From Lepidodermella squamata (lineage: Eukaryota > Animalia > Gastrotricha): 64,000 bases of DNA. Shown here in pieces: positions 49,025 through 62,210 of this stretch. The notes under the pieces were generated by a model. That model had not been told where the DNA came from. It saw only the letters and a list, made by a program, of their open reading frames with translations, and ran no database searches. Every line of letters begins with the position of its first letter. The stretch's first letter is position 1. The position numbers were made by a program, and so were the translations under genes. Location: contig JBLDXI010000004.1 of assembly GCA_047495785.1 (NCBI GenBank), forward strand, positions 682,001 to 746,000, read 5' to 3'.

Positions 49025-49399
49025 TATTCCCTTCTTATTTCTGTCTCGAAAACAGTGTGTGATATTGAATGCTTGCTTCCCGAAGCATTATCCGTGCTAC
49101 TTTTTCAATCCCCCGGTTATTTTACTGTTAGCCTGGCTTTGTCTGAAATTTGGCGGAAATTTTGCTTTTAAACCGAGCTTTTAATTCTAACCACGGCATC
49201 TCTAATTGAAGGCTTGGTCTCCACTCTTCGCATACATAAATTTTATACCTATATTACAAAGTTACTATGAAAATAAAAGAATTGAAATACTCAGAGATTC
49301 GATTCGGCTGTTCAACTCTAAACTTTAAACTATCTTTTCCCATCTTAATCAGGAAGACCGAGGCCAAATCAAATCATAATCGAAGATTTGAGTTTGTAC

Positions 49400-49793
49400 T
49401 AATTCAGTGGCAAATTCATTTTGGATTTTTTATTGCAGGCAAGATTCCGAGGAATGCATCGCATGTTGATTGTTTTGTAGTTGAAACAGCTTCGAGCGTA
49501 CTAGTAAGGAAGTGAATAATGCTCAAGCACTGTTTGTCGAAGTTAGCCAAAAACTCACGCCCGATGAACATGACTCGGGGGACGGCAAGGCAAGGCCGAG
49601 CTAAATTGAAGGCATGACAATGAAATAAATGGTGAATAATGAAACTAGCAACCTGAACTTCATCCAAGAATGAGCAGTTCATTTTACACCCTGTGAAGGC
49701 ATCATTCAGGCGTGAAAAGCAACGCTTATATTCGGCTACGACTAAACCTTGAGAAATGACCGAAGCGAGTAAAATTCGAAGAAAAAAGGTCAT
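49400..49793 (-). pseudogene. Cys-rich secreted family member, first three exons only
   Basis: Signal peptide MTFFLRILL..; RCFSRLNDAFTGCKMNC; LGLALPSPESCSSG|; YARSCFNYKTINMRC. Confidence 0.65.
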
Positions 49794-50253
49794 AGCTTGA
49801 AAACTCGAATTTTCGAAAAATGAAAAATGGTTAAAATTAATGTCGAAGAAATAGGCTGATAAATTGTCAACTAAGCGAATGATGGTCCATCTCATTAAAT
49901 TTTCAGGAACACGCGTTCGAATCGAGAGAAATTTTTCGATCTCGTTCTCCTTTTTCGCTAACAAGACAATAATTGATTGTCCAAGCCCCAGACACATTTA
50001 AGCACATTTAATAATTGGTCAATTTAGGTCATTTTTTGTCCTAATTTTACTATTGCGTAACTCTTCTAACAAAGCGGACGAGGTCAAATTCCGAATCAAA
50101 GCAAACAGTCAAATTATTGTCCTGTGACTCATTTTTCACGATTGTTCCAATTCTACGTCATTTCCAGCGATTTATTCACCTCAGTTTTAATTAATTTCCA
50201 AGGTTGTGTTAAAAAACTTGATTATAACATTTCGCACCTCAATTATGTTAAGC

Positions 50254-51897
50254 ATGATGAATCTTTTTCTTTCAATTATCATATGGCAAATGATAGCCTC
50301 ATCGCCATCGTTAGCAGCGAAGTCGCGTTGCTTCTCAGTTTTCAATAGCGAATTTAACGGGTGTAAAAGCAATTGCTCACAACAGTTAGAGTACCATGTG
50401 ATCATCATCTAAACAATTTATTTAAAATCTATTTTTATTCTAGACTGGGACTCCGTTTTCTTCATCCGAGAACTGCAGAGACGGGGTGAGTTAACACTTA
50501 TCATTAATTTCCTAAATTCGTCAAATTTCTGTCGGTGCAGGACGCTATACTTTGCTACAACTACAAGACTTACAGCGTTAGATGCATTCAAGACCGATTC
50601 AAATGCAACAGAACCAACGAGCGCCAAGTTTGTCCAACCTCTCGCTCTTTATCCGCTCTTATCAATTCCATTCAGGCGGGAGTTTTCGACAGACACGCAT
50701 TATTCGGGGACAACTGGTCGGATTGCAGAAATGCGTCAGCGCGCTTCGCTGTTAGTTAAAATCTAACCAAATAAATGTCGATTTTATTTTTTTCGAATTC
50801 AGTCACAGCGATTCGAACGCTGCATGAGGGGCGACTCTTTCATAACCTGTTCTCCTGATTCTCTCGCCTGTCCATTCAATTTGGTAATTGGGCAATGTCT
50901 TAACCACTGAATCAAAATTGTTCCGCTTTCGAAGGATCCAGGAGACGAAGCAACTTCGTTTCGCAATCTCGAAGCGTGCTTGAGGGGTGAAGGTAAATTT
51001 GCATGGTTGTCTTGACTAAGCTATGAATCTTTTGAACAGTTAACCTCGCCATTCCTGACGACCGAAAACCGCACATTCGCTGTGTTGACGTGAAGACTCG
51101 ATATTTCTTGGGTTGCCGTCGCCGAAACACAGCCTGCTCGCCAGATGCCGAACTATACGCGCCTAAGCCTTTCGCCAACAAAGTCTTGTGCCTTAGAGGG
51201 GTGAGTTAGGAAGCACTGAATCGACTGAGTTTCAAAAATTCTGGATTTTGTTTTATTCCAGACTGCCGTGCTTTGCAACACCACGTCAGGCAAAGCTTGC
51301 AGCGCGTTCTGTGAAGATGAATCGCAAACAGTATTGTTTGAATTTGTGTTCATGACTCAATTTCATAACGAGGTTTTACATAGGAAATCATTTACTCAGT
51401 TTCACAAGACTTCTCGACAAACTATGCTCAATGTGAACGGAGCCGAGTCGCTTCTGGGAACCATACAGTTCGTTTTGCTTATTGCATTCGTGAAATCCTA
51501 TTTAAACTTGACCCAAACAGCTTGCGAAGAATTTTACGGTTGCGGTAACGGATGGTGGGACATTCACTCAAGATGACGCGAAGCGAGCCTGTTCGAACTT
51601 CACAAACTCTCGCTCAGCTTTGATCAAAACTGAAGCTCAACGGCAAGCTGTCTACCCGCGATGACGAGCGCCTCGGTCACCACTGCTTACATCGGCTTGT
51701 CGAAAACCAAGGACCAGTGGCTGTGGGATGACAGTTCAGCCTATGACAACATGCCACCCTGGGCGCCGGGCTACCCGTCCGAGGCGAAGATGAACCGATG
51801 TGTTGGGCTGGCAAGCATTCTCGATGCAGCTGTGCTTTTGACGGATGGATCTTGCGATTCGCCTTCGGCTAACGCCTACATTTGTGAGACTTTGTGA
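50254..51897 (+). pseudogene. Cys-rich repeat + C-type lectin domain gene, copy 1
   Basis: Signal peptide, short exons, CTLD (YIGL..WLWDD..W.PG.P..CV..C...YICE); 1-bp deletion at ~51657 relative to copy 3. Confidence 0.75.
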
Positions 51898-52119
51898 TGC
51901 GTTCCAATAGTACTTCCACTTCAATAGTAGTTCCAATAGACCGCAATTTCCTCCTCTGCTTTTCTTTGACTGAAACCTGGAACTTCTATTCTCAAACACG
52001 ATTACAACTGAAGAAGTTGAGCAAGATGATCTTGAATTATGTACCTGGGAGCATTTACCGCCAATGCAATATCTTTTCCCCGCTTGCATATTTTTCATGT
52101 TCATCATGTTTTAGGCTCG

Positions 52120-53450
52120 ATGAATCTTTTTATTCGCATTTGCCTGTGGGTCCTTGTCGCAGAGGCTCAGGTTTCGCAAAGTAGGAAATTTCAGCATTGC
52201 TTCTCCGTTTTTAATAACAAATTTAACGGCTGTTCTGAGGAATGCGACCAGCACGAGTATCAGGTTAACACCATCAACTAAATTAACACAATTTTCTAAT
52301 TTTTAGTCCGACCTTTCGTACAGATCCCCCATAGATTGCCTTGAAGGGGTGCGTTTCAAATTAGTTTCATATGTTAGAAGGGTATCAGTGTCCCCGGAGA
52401 CGGCCACCTTCCCCGCCGTATTCGGGCACAATTCCTTTCCTCCGTGTCCGCCTGCGAATCTCCGGCTGCTGCTGCCGCCAATTATTTGATATGTTTTCTT
52501 TTATTTTGAATTACGCTCGACTATGCTACAACCATGCGGACTACAGCTATACGTGCATTCGGGGCCTATTGAACTGCACAAAAACCAACAACGAGATCCA
52601 GGTTCGTCTTGAAGTCGAGAAAATGCTTTCCTCACTTTGTTTCATTTCATTTTCCGATCGAATCTGTAGGCCGGAATCTTTAATTCGAAAGTTGCTAATG
52701 ACGTTACTGTTCTCAAGCTCAATTGGGCTGACACTCTTGATGCCAGAAAAATTTCGCCCGTAAGTTAAAAATGATATACCGACCCAATCGTGTGCCTCAA
52801 CATTTTTAGCCCAGCCAAGAGCAATCTTCTCCTCATCTCCATTAAGAAATGAAAATTGAGATTACTCCATCTACATATTTAGAGTTTGGTTACAAGTAGT
52901 CATTTAACCTTTTCTCATGCCGAGTTTTTCACAGAAATCCGTCTATTCGAGTTCGGCAGACTTCGTGACTAACTATGCGCAATGTAAACGTAAACGAATT
53001 ACTGTGACTGAATTCGTTACATTCCTTTCATCGAATTTAATTGACTTCATCAGCCTGGGAAGAGCTATACACTGCTATACGTGCAAATGCTGAAACATTC
53101 ACGCCAGGCGACGCAAGATCGGCTTGTTCGGAAACCACGAGCTCTCGCTTTCGATCGAAACTGTGATCAAAGCTGTGATCGAAACTGAAGCTCAACGGCA
53201 AGCTGTTTACGCCGCTATGACAAACGCTTCGATCACCACAACTTACATCGGCTTGTCGAAAACTAATGATCAGTGGCCATGGGATGACCTATGAGGACAT
53301 GCCGCCCTGGGCGCCTTGTTTCCCGTCAAAGTCGAAGATGAACCGATGTGTTGAGGTTGGGTTGGCTAGTATCAGCGATGCAGCTCTCTTTGTGCAGAAT
53401 AGATCCTGCGTTTCTCCTTCAGCCTGCGCTTACTCGGTGAAACTCGGTGG
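52120..53450 (+). pseudogene. Cys-rich + CTLD gene, copy 2 (exons lost, degenerate CTLD)
   Basis: Paralogous exons; deletions and frameshifts in the CTLD. Confidence 0.7.
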
Positions 53451-53724
53451 TAATCTTCATTTTTTCTGCCCCTTGCTTCAAGCAATGATTTGATAGTTTT
53501 CTCTTAATTTCGGACATCTCCTGACCTGATTCCGCGGTAACTCAGCTCCAGTTTTGAAGGATGCGATATTTAAACATTTGATGACCTCCGCATCAAACAT
53601 TTTGCCTACCATTCGGACAATTTCTTTGTTTGAATTGAAGTTATCTTGATGCACCAATCACTGAACTCGCCTTGCTTTAAGCCATTTAATATTTATGCAG
53701 CTATACCAGAATAAATATCACCAT

Positions 53725-53787
53725 ATTTATCTACCGAAAGCATGAATTTAGTTTCGGTATCAGAATTCATGCTTTCGGTAGATAAAT
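53725..53787. repeat. Perfect 24-bp inverted repeat (hairpin)
   Basis: atttatctaccgaaagcatgaatt ... aattcatgctttcggtagataaat. Confidence 0.85.
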
Positions 53788-54135
53788 CACTGCATTTTCG
53801 TGATTAGGGTGATTTTGGGCATGAATTCAGATAAATTTTGGAAACCCGTGAATTATGATACTCACAGGGCCCTATTTGAGGGGATTTCACAAGCTAAAAT
53901 TCCGATTTTTTATCACCCAAATTAGGGTGTTTTTTCTGGTGTACCTATATATAATGTTGATAACTGCTTTATATTTCAAGAAAGTGCGATTTTGCAATAT
54001 TATTTTCGAGAACAAACTCGGGCATCTATCTTCTTTCCCATATCATTATGGTGGATATTGTTAATTTTGCTCTCTTACTCGATATTCTGTAATATCTTTC
54101 CGCCTGTAATATTTCACGTTGGTTTTTTCGGCTAG

Positions 54136-56386
54136 ATGAATCTAATAATTCACATCAGCTTGTTGCTCCTTGCTGCAGACGCTCAACGTGTCACACCTTC
54201 GTTATGGAGGCGTTGTTTCTCACTTTTCGATAACGACTTTAACAGCTGTTCAAATGATTGCAGGGAAGTCGAATACCAGGTTATTACAGTCATTCAAATA
54301 CTTTGAGTTTTAACTTAATTATCCTAAAATCCCTTACCAAGTCCGCCATATGGTTCGATAGGTTTACCGATTGCCGTGTTGGGGTGAGTGTGAATATGAA
54401 ACTATTCCATTTTGCTGAATTTGTGTTCATTTTGCTGTGTAGAACGCTCGACTTTGCTACAACCGTTTTGAATACAGCTTCAGGTGCATTCCTCACGGAT
54501 TGCAATGCAACAAAACCACCGAGAGCCAGGTTTTAAATGCGTCTCGGTTTTCTTAACTTTTTACAACATCATATCGACTCGCAGGCTGGATTCTTCAATG
54601 GACTTCAGACATTTTCGGGCAATTGGGCGCAATGCTTGGATGCCGTACTACGCTTGCCTGTGAGTTGCGAGCCTTTTACCCATAATCTGTTGACTTAATT
54701 GAATATCAATTTTTGATTCAGTTGCAGCCATTTGAACGCTGTTTTTCTGGCGGAAGCTTTGTTTCCTGTTTTCCTATTTCTCTTGGCTGCCCAGCAAATT
54801 TGGTAATTTCACAGTGCTGACATCTGATTTCAATTAGTACTGATTTCAAGGACGTTATCGGAGATCTACTTCCCTCCGGCAATCTAGAACAATGCGCAAG
54901 AGGCTTTGGTAAATTTTCGGGTATCCTCGCTCACTTCAATTAACCTCAATATTTCCTGCATTTTTGATAGTCCCTCCTGCTGTTATTGATGACCAAAAGC
55001 CGCACGTTCGCTGTATGGACGAGAGAACTGGCAAGTTTGTAGCTTGCCGCCGCGAAAGCACAGGCTGCTCACCAGACATCCAGATGACTGCGCCACAGCC
55101 TTACGCAAACAAAAACATGTGCCTTAAAGGGGTGAGTTCTTGCAATACTATTTTCACTGCATTTTCTGTGGTTATTCTGCATTTTTTGCTTTTTTATTAA
55201 GAATGCTGTGCTCTGCCACGAATCATCCGGCGTAACGTGTCGTGCCTTCTGCGAGACAAAATCAGATAGAGTTTGACCGAAATCAACCAGTCATCCTTTT
55301 TTATGCTGTGTATTTTCACAGCTATCGGTCTTCTCGAGTTCCGCAGACTTCGCGACTTGAGGAATGTCAGCGTAGCAGATACACTGTGAGTGACTTCGTT
55401 TCTTCCCTTTCCGATTCCGATTATCGTATATACCGAAGTAGAAGACAACTTCGTACAGCCTCGTCAAAGGCAGTGAGGATCCTCGGGATATTTTTCGGCC
55501 TGAATATTATGACCAAATGTTTTCCCCGTGATTTTTTTTGGTGTTTCCTTGGCCTACGATACCCCTTATTCCCGCGTACTTGGAATCAAAGGGCAGAGCC
55601 TCGGGTTCAACCATTCGAATAACATGCCAATATGCACTATGGCGCGAGTTGATCTGTGAGTTGTGAATATCTTCACAGCTCGCTCACTTTCAGTGGATGA
55701 AGTAGGATCCTCGAGTTGGGGGGAAGGCAGTGTTCGAAGTAGGATCAGGGAGCTGAGGTGTTTCCTAGCAATCAGCCGTAGAAAACAAATGCCCCCTGTG
55801 GTTCTTTCAGCCTTCCGCTGGCTGGAGTTCCGGAGCTGGGGTGTCGCGGCGCCCTAGCACCCCTGTACTTCGCACACTGGGGTATGTGTGGGTAATTTCA
55901 GCCCCGAATTTATCTAGCGAGGATTATCCTGTCGGGTTTCCTGCCAGCGTTCATTTAGCGAACCTGCGTTTATGATAAATAAATATTGTCATGTAAATTT
56001 ATGGACAGCGTGCGAAGAATTTCACTGTTGCAATAACGGATTCAGAAACTTTAACGCAAGATGATGCTAGAAGAGCCTGTTCGAACAACTCAAACTCGCG
56101 ACTGGCTATGATCGAAACCGAAGCTGAACGACAAGCAGTTTACTCGGCGATGATAGACGCCTCGATCACCACTGCTTACATTGGCTTGTCAAAAACTAGC
56201 GACCAGTGGCTGTGGGACGACGGTTCAGCCTATGAGGACATGCCGCCCTGGGCGCCTGGTTTCCCGTCAGAGGCAAAGATGAACCGATGTGTTGGGCTGG
56301 CAAGCATCCTCGACGCAGCTGTGCATTTGACGGATGGATCTTGCGCTTCGGCTTCAGCTATGGCATACATTTGCGAAACCTTTTGA
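54136..56386 (+). pseudogene. Cys-rich + CTLD gene, copy 3 (best preserved, ~10 exons)
   Basis: Exons 1-8 join in frame; small deletion gives TGA at 55358 in exon 9; CTLD exon 56009-56386 intact. Confidence 0.75.
55728..55879. mobile_element. Small hAT-like MITE (relative at ~62237-62370)
   Basis: TIR cagtgttcgaagta / tacttcgcacactg; TSD degenerate. Confidence 0.6.
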
Positions 56387-56733
56387 TTTCCTTCAATATT
56401 TCCGTCTAATAGTAAACGAATTAGCTGAAATGGATAGCTATTTAAATATTGCTTGTGTTGCGATTTTTCCTCTGCTAATTTATTTTTCGTGAGAAAATTA
56501 TGTGTTTGCCCAGCAAAATCGATTTGCTGAAAATTAGCATGAATTAGTTTATTACGTTTATCTATTTGTAAAATATATTTGACATCCATCCATCCATCAT
56601 ATATTTGACATTTTTCCGCCAAAATCAATGGCTATGCTTACTTGAGTAGATAAGTTCTTTCCGTGAAAGATTTCTCGGCAATGAATTATTTTTCTAAGTT
56701 CACAAATTGTTCATGTTCAAATTTTTAGGATAT

Positions 56734-58680
56734 ATGAATCTGCTTATTCGCGTTAGCCTGTGGCTCCTCGTCGTAGACGCTGGTAGTAAGCCGCCAATAA
56801 AAAGATGGTGGCGCTGCTTTTCCGCTCTGAATAGTAAATTCAACGGCTGTCAATACGAATGCAACCAATTCGAGTATAAGGTTATCATTGTCGTTACTTA
56901 TGCTAATTTGTGACATCATTCCTGTCTCTAGTCCGTCGTTCCGTATATATTTCACGAACATTGCGTTGAAGGGGTGTGTTTGAAAATATTCCGGCTACAG
57001 TAGCCAATCTATGTTTTTTTGCTATGAAGAACGTTAAACTCTGCTACGACCATGTGGAATTCAGTTATCGATGCATTGAAGGTGCATGGCAGTGCAAGAA
57101 AACCAACGAAATCCAGGTTTGTGCTCAACAGAAGAAGATGCGTGAGGCTTCCTGCTTGCTTTCTGTAGCCTTTCCATTTTATTATCAATTTACAGGCTGG
57201 ATTCTACAACATAGGAACCTTTGGACGCAATTATGCAAACTGTATGACTGCCTCTACAAAATCGCCCGTAAGTAGAACAAATTATAACTAGGTTTATTAG
57301 TATTGAAATTTCTGATAATAAATAAATTAACTAGTCTCAAATAATAGTTTCAAAAATCTTCACTTTTCAACTAATTAAAAAAATTCAAAGTTATTTTCCA
57401 ACGACAATTGGTAAGAAAATTGAAATTAATGAAATTGAATTGCATTTACTTCTACTCGAGAAAAAAGTGGCTTTCGATTTCAGTTGAAGCCATTTGAACG
57501 GTGCTTATCTGGCGGCAAATTTGTATCCTGTTTTCCTCTTTCCCTCGGCTGTCCAGCCCATTTGGTGAGTCGAACAGCCAAGTCCGAACTGCTTTCACCT
57601 TTTTTTTTAAAGGACGTTAACGACGATCTACCTACCTACAACAATCTAGAATCATGCTTGAGGTAGTTTTGGAAGTCGGAAAAACCTTTTCACCTATGCG
57701 CCTATTTGAACTTCTTTACCATGTGGCTTTTAATGATAATTTTACAGTGCCACAAGCTGTTATCGATGACCAAAAGCCGCACGTACGCTGAGTGGACAAG
57801 AAGGCGGGTGATTTCGTGGGGTGCCGCCTCAAAAGCACAGGCTGCTCTCCAGATACCAAGATGTACGCGCCGCGACCTTTTGCAAATAAGAAAATGTGTC
57901 TGAAAGGGTGACTACACAAAAACAGTTATAAACCACAATAAGATACTTCTGATTTGCCAATGAATTTCAACGCACAATTTTTTATGTAAATGTGTGTTTA
58001 GAATTCTGTGAAATGCAACACCTCATCCGGCGCAACTTGAGGTTCTTTTTGCCAGAACGACTCAGATATAGTTTGGTTTCAAATAATGTATTTCCAACTT
58101 TTTATGCCGAGATTTAAACAGAACTTCGTCTTTTCGGGTTCGAGAGACTTCGCGACTAATTATCAGCAGTGCCGACTTGGTGGAAACATTGTGAGCGACT
58201 TTGCTTCTTCCTATTCTGAATTTGACAAAATCATGAATGAATAATAATGTCTGTGGTTTAAGCCGTAAATCAAATCAAATCCAAAGCTCGGGCTAAATTA
58301 TGCTCATCAAACACACATTTTATATAACTGTAATGATGTTTACACGAACTTATGATTGTCATTTTGCTAGCAACGTACGAAGACTTTCACTGTTGTATTG
58401 AATGGCGAAGGATTAACGCAAGATGATGCCATGAAGGCATGTTCGAAAAAGCCTAACTCAAGACTGGCGGTAATCGAAACCGAAGCTGAGCGACGAGCTT
58501 TTAATGCCGCGATGCATGAAGCCCCGACCTCCTTCGCAATGATTGGCTTGTCGAAAATTGACGACCAGTGGTTGTGGGATGACAGTTCAGTTTCAGCCTA
58601 TGTGGGCATGCCACCCTGGGCGCCAGACTACCCGTCAAAGGCCAAGTTGAACAAATGTGTTGGGGTGGCGGGCCTTGTCA
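56734..58680 (+). pseudogene. Cys-rich + CTLD gene, copy 4
   Basis: Cys codons changed to TGA at 57789 and 58038; CTLD truncated. Confidence 0.75.
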
Positions 58681-58927
58681 TAGGAGAATTGTATTTGATT
58701 TCCCCAAACAGGATAACCGGGACTTCGCGAACGCGAGTGACTGCAATAAAGGCGTAAGATTTAATTACACATGATCACTGATGATTCCTTACAACGATTT
58801 TTGGCAACAGAGCGTTGTTATGTGCTACAAATTCGAGGTTCTTACTCCGTGGTGCGTGCCTGGAAACATCGGATGCGACGAGGTGAACGAAACGACGGTA
58901 AGTTGTTTGAACATATTTCTGCGGAAT

Positions 58928-59364
58928 CAGAGACTTTGATTTGATTTGATTTGATTTCGGCCATTTTTCGTTGATTTGATTTGCAAATGATTCAGCCCCC
59001 TTGATTTACGCTGATTTAGAGTATTCAAAACTATTGGGATTCCCCCTTTTACCTATCATGAGAACTTGCATTTGAGTCGAAACACCTCTTTTCGTTTAAA
59101 TGATTGCTAAAACTGGAGCCATTCTACTCCTTTTGAAGTTACCCTGCCAAAGTCAACCTTAAAATGTGAAACAATTCTCCGAAATTTACCGTAATAATCA
59201 AGGTTTTCTATGCGGAAGATTTGATTTCATTTGATTTAGACTGGTCGAATGATGTGATTTGATTGTTTTACAATGGATTTTTCGTGGATTTGATTTGAAA
59301 TGATTGATTTAACAAGACCCGTGATTTACTGAAGAAATCAAATCAAATCAAATCAAAGTCACTG
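58928..59364. mobile_element. hAT-type MITE with (GATTT)n subterminal repeats
   Basis: TIR cagagactttgatttgattt / aaatcaaatcaaagtcactg; perfect 8-bp TSD tgcggaat. Confidence 0.92.
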
Positions 59365-61798
59365 TGCGGAATTCTTTGCCTCACCACCGTTCAGGCGGAT
59401 TTCAGGGCCCTGGAAGTTTATCAAGTTGATAGACTCAAATTAGACAAAATCAATCTTTGCCCCATTTTTCGAGTTCGATTCGTCGTGAGTTGAGGAGTCC
59501 ATCGAAGTCCCATCGAAGTCCCATAGTCATAGCACTCCCAACTGAGAAGCAGTTAATTCCCCAAGAGTCGGGTCCACCTTAACAAAATGACTGTAACTCC
59601 AGGAAAAAAATCACCCTAATAGGGGTGATGGGTGAAAAAAAATTAGCTTGTGAAATCATCCGAGGGCCTTAATGAGGTGTGAGTATCCTTATTTCCCATT
59701 TTTCATAATTTATCGGAATTCATGCTCAAAAAGTGAAAGTCATTCCATGATCATGATTTAATTGTGTATTAATTACGAAATTTGACGATTTTCATTGCAA
59801 ATCTTGAGATGGTTGCTATTTGAAATGTTGCCACGTAACATAATATGGCGCTCACTCATGTCTAACGCATCCCATTTTCACTTGATCAGTGGTACATTTT
59901 TATTTTAGTTCATTTTGCCTACAATATGAAATCCTATTGCTATCGATTCAATTTGATTTACTATTCGATTTTTCAGTGGGAAAGTGTGCTCAAAACGTCC
60001 AACATTTTGGGTCCAAGCAATAAAATAGCACACAATGTACAGTATTTTTCTCAAAATTTCTTTAAACATGAACTCGGCTCTCAACTGCAATTTCAGCCGG
60101 CCTTCAGTCGAATAAAATTGGATGCGAGCAAAGGGAGCTTTAGCTAACGCTCTTTTTAAAGATTTTTACTGCTGGAAGAGTGACTAAAAATGAACCAAAT
60201 TTTCGCAATATTCAAGTTTTATGAAAACCATCAGGCGACCCCAGCGACCCTCGGCTGACTCGGCGACCAACGAAAAAAGGGCCCTCGACCCCCAGTTTGA
60301 GAAGCCGGCGCGACCCCGTTTAGCGGCGATGGAGCTTGGCGGTCTTTGGCGACGGTCTTTAGCGGACGCCGTTCTCCCGTGACCTCGCGGCGGCCCGGCA
60401 GCGATGATACCGGGCGCATCAGCATCGACAGCCTCGTTAGTGGCAGCGGCAGATTTCGCGCGGCGAGTACCAGCCATGATTTTGAAACATGATATTTAAA
60501 CATTTCCAAAACTCAAAACTTGTAATCGAGTTTTTCGCGTGCGTTCGTGTCGATAAATATGCAACACGGCGTGGCGTGCTCTATTTGTAGCATGAGCAGC
60601 AACATGACACAGATTAATTAGTGCGCGCATTGGTTTTCATGCATTAGTCGCATCAGAGGCTTTTACACTGGCTTTCTTCCCAAACAACTTCAACGCGTTG
60701 AAGGTTCAAACCTCATTACAGTCAGCTCTCGCCATAGCGTACTTCATGGCTGTACACTTTCCGCCATCGTACACATTTTTCCACGGTCAATGCGAGATTG
60801 TATAGGAGTATGCATACTTTCCTCTCGCTGCTGTACACTTTCAGCTGGGTACACAATTCGCCTGCGTACACCTTTTCCGGCGGTCCCGCCTACACATAAA
60901 CTGTAGAAAACTCTCCCGCAAGTGTACACTTTCGTCCAAAAGAGCGGAGAAAGTCTGGTCCGCGCATTTATATATGACTCTCAAAAAGCGCGCCTTAGCA
61001 ATTATGTAACATTATTTTCATCGCAGAAAGGATTTTTTCGATGTGTGGCAAACGTTGATGGTGCAGTTCGATGCGTGTCTAACGTAACGGGTTGCGATGC
61101 TGTCAAGGAGCTGAGAATCCCAGTCGATGTCGTTTACCCGAATACGACCAGTTGCAGGAAAGCCGCTAAGAGGTACTTCAGGATAGGTCCAGCTTTGACC
61201 TGGGAACAAGTGACAGCGCGTTTCGAACCTGTGTTCGCGTTTCGAACAGTTTAGCGACTGTGAGATCAAGTGAAGAGCTCGAGCGATTCCTCAACGTTCT
61301 CTATGGTGATAAAGGTTCTTGGGTTGGCTTGACTCGAGAGAATGGCGTTTTGAAGTGGATAGATGGCTCTGATTACACTGGTATGCCGAAATTGGATTAC
61401 TATGATGGATACAGGGATGGCTGCTATAAAATACGTACAAGAATAATCGATGAAAACCCTGACTATTCAGTCGGATATTTCCGCTGTGATCAGCCATCAC
61501 GTTCGGCGATTCTCGAAACATTCAGACCCGAGGAGAAGGTAAGTGCACCTGAGTTGTTGTGAGGCAGCATCATTTTGAGCTGGTGCCAATTTTAAGTAAT
61601 CACCTCGGGGACGAAACTAGGAAGCATTTCATTTTATTTTCGACGACAATCCCACCTCTTGGTAGACTTTTATTACTATCAACGTCCTCTCGGTATCTCG
61701 AACGGATTTGTACGATACTTACTTTAATAGAAAGGGGTTAAACCAGTGTACGACTTCCAAGACAGGGCATGCTAGTGTGGTTGCTAGCTGGATTATCC

Positions 61799-62210
61799 CA
61801 GGGCTTCTCAACGCCAAACCCTTGACGACCCAAAAATATAAAATTCTTACCAGGCTGCGACCCCTAGAAGAATTTTCCATTTTTTTCGTTTCTCAGAGTG
61901 GGAAAATATGCTGAAAATTTCGAGATTCTACGTCAAAGCTATAAAATATCACTAAATTAGCATAAGGTTTTCCTGGTTTAGTTCAAACTTTCCATGAATC
62001 GGATTCTTAACCGCAATTTAAGCCGGTTATCAGTCGAATATTATTGGACGCGAGCGAAGCGAGCTTCAGCTGACGCTATTTTGTAAGATTTTTTCTTGGG
62101 ATTATGCCAAAAATGAACCAAATATTCTCAATTTAAGAGGTTTATGAAAATCATCAGGCGACCCCCGCGACCCCCGGCTGAGTCGGCGACCCCCAGTTTG
62201 AGAAACCCTG
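61799..62210. mobile_element. hAT/Charlie-type MITE (partial relative at ~60124-60306)
   Basis: TIR cagggcttctcaa / ttgagaaaccctg; TSD gattatcc / ggttatcc. Confidence 0.8.

Noticed and set aside
60184-60509. GC-rich ORFs
   Set aside because: Overlap a MITE-derived segment and have no domain signature
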